Source: a virus
Taxonomy: Duplodnaviria; Caudoviricetes
Reading direction: 5' to 3' (one strand)
Virus record (IMG/VR): IMGVR_UViG_3300027969_000041
Length of the DNA: 64,000 nt
Part shown: piece after piece, positions 63,190 to 64,000 of the stretch
Layout of the letters: every line of letters starts with the position of its first letter
How positions within the stretch are numbered: the stretch's first letter is position 1
Position numbers and translations under genes: made by a program
The notes under the pieces: generated by a model
What the model saw: only the letters and a program-made list of their open reading frames with translations
Databases searched by the model: none
What the model was told of the DNA's origin: nothing

Positions 63190-63993
63190 TTATAAATTAA
63201 ATCGGTATTGATTCTCAATACTCGAAAACTGATACTCTTTTCCTAAATCAATTACACTTGATTTATCAAATGAATCCCAAAGCTCTGGTTTTGGGATTCC
63301 TGTTACTCGAATCTGTCTACGCATAGATGTGCAAATTGGCACACCGTGCAAAAAATAATCATTGGTTAAGTAAACATCACTGTTTGCTTTCAGCGGAGTT
63401 TTCACATCGTGATCTAAACTCCAATACAGGGGAACACCGCCATCGGTAATGTTTATATTAATTATCACATATCCTGCATTATACAAACGATTAACCCCTG
63501 CACTTGATACTTTGTTAAACAATCCTTTACCATCTCTATGTATTGTTGAAAAACAATTTGGTTGCATTGATACACAATGTATGAATGATACCTTGTCTAA
63601 TGGAAGAACATTGTTGATCCATTTTACAATTTCTAAATCTTCAAAACCCGGCTTCAATTTAAAATCTCTACCTATAGTTTCATTACGTATAGGAGCACCA
63701 CCGTGCTGTGCAAATTTTAATACTAAAGGATCATCGTCCTCTTGAACTTCTAATGCCATCAGCTGGAACATTTGCCAAACTGGACGACCCCTAATGATGT
63801 GTCTCAGCGTGGTGATATCACCGGGTTGTTCCCAACTGTCTGCTGTTTCGTATTCGCTGTCCGGAATCATCTCCCAAACAGAATTCAACTTTTTGGTTGC
63901 CTTTACACTAAACATACCGGTGCCCATGGGCGTTGACTGAGCCATTATACGATTATCAAATTCCTGTATAAATTGCTCTCGATCAAAACTCAA
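63190..63993 (-). CDS. 2OG-Fe(II)/cupin-type dioxygenase-like protein (start may lie beyond window)
   Basis: STIHRDG, ININI, FLHGV, RRQIRVTG; frame is open to the window edge. Confidence 0.7.
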   Translation of the reverse strand: MSFDREQFIQEFDNRIMAQSTPMGTGMFSVKATKKLNSVWEMIPDSEYETADSWEQPGDITTLRHIIRGRPVWQMFQLMALEVQEDDDPLVLKFAQHGGAPIRNETIGRDFKLKPGFEDLEIVKWINNVLPLDKVSFIHCVSMQPNCFSTIHRDGKGLFNKVSSAGVNRLYNAGYVIININITDGGVPLYWSLDHDVKTPLKANSDVYLTNDYFLHGVPICTSMRRQIRVTGIPKPELWDSFDKSSVIDLGKEYQFSSIENQYRFNL

Positions 63994-64000
63994 ATCTAAC

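Noticed and set aside
1-64000. Alternative genetic code or suppressor tRNA, as in some jumbo phages
   Set aside because: Recognisable genes are full length under code 11 with TAA, TGA and TAG all used as stops; no CTA/TCA-anticodon tRNA was seen

Overview
The window is 64 kb of a large (jumbo-type), AT-rich tailed dsDNA phage genome in the standard genetic code, with most genes on the minus strand. Left to right it holds: a >1081-aa multi-nucleotidyltransferase protein that runs off the left edge and is missing from the ORF track; a proteostasis block (clpA, def, dnaJ-like); a lysis cassette (holin, GH19 endolysin, spanins); phoH, a clamp loader, groES and a stand-alone DnaE fragment; tail and baseplate genes with Ig-like domains and a collagen-like fibre with an S74 chaperone; uvsE, queD, clpP, yccA-like and folE among many small hypothetical genes; a ~14 kb cluster of tailoring enzymes (adenylation enzyme, GNAT, 3 sulfotransferase-fold proteins, 3 paralogous methyltransferases, dioxygenases, a Bug/TctC binding protein, a carbamoyltransferase, glycosyltransferases); and a tRNA region (Gly x2, fMet, Ala, Pro x2, Val) containing rpoZ and a ~360-nt highly structured ncRNA with its own consensus sigma70 promoter. 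Thirteen near-consensus sigma70 promoters and many T4-late-like TAAATA cores are readable. Four genes have their ATG exactly at the predicted +1, so they look leaderless. Two ORF-track entries (28421..28759 and 46497..47087) are labelled minus but read on the plus strand. All family calls come from motif recognition by eye; no searches were run.
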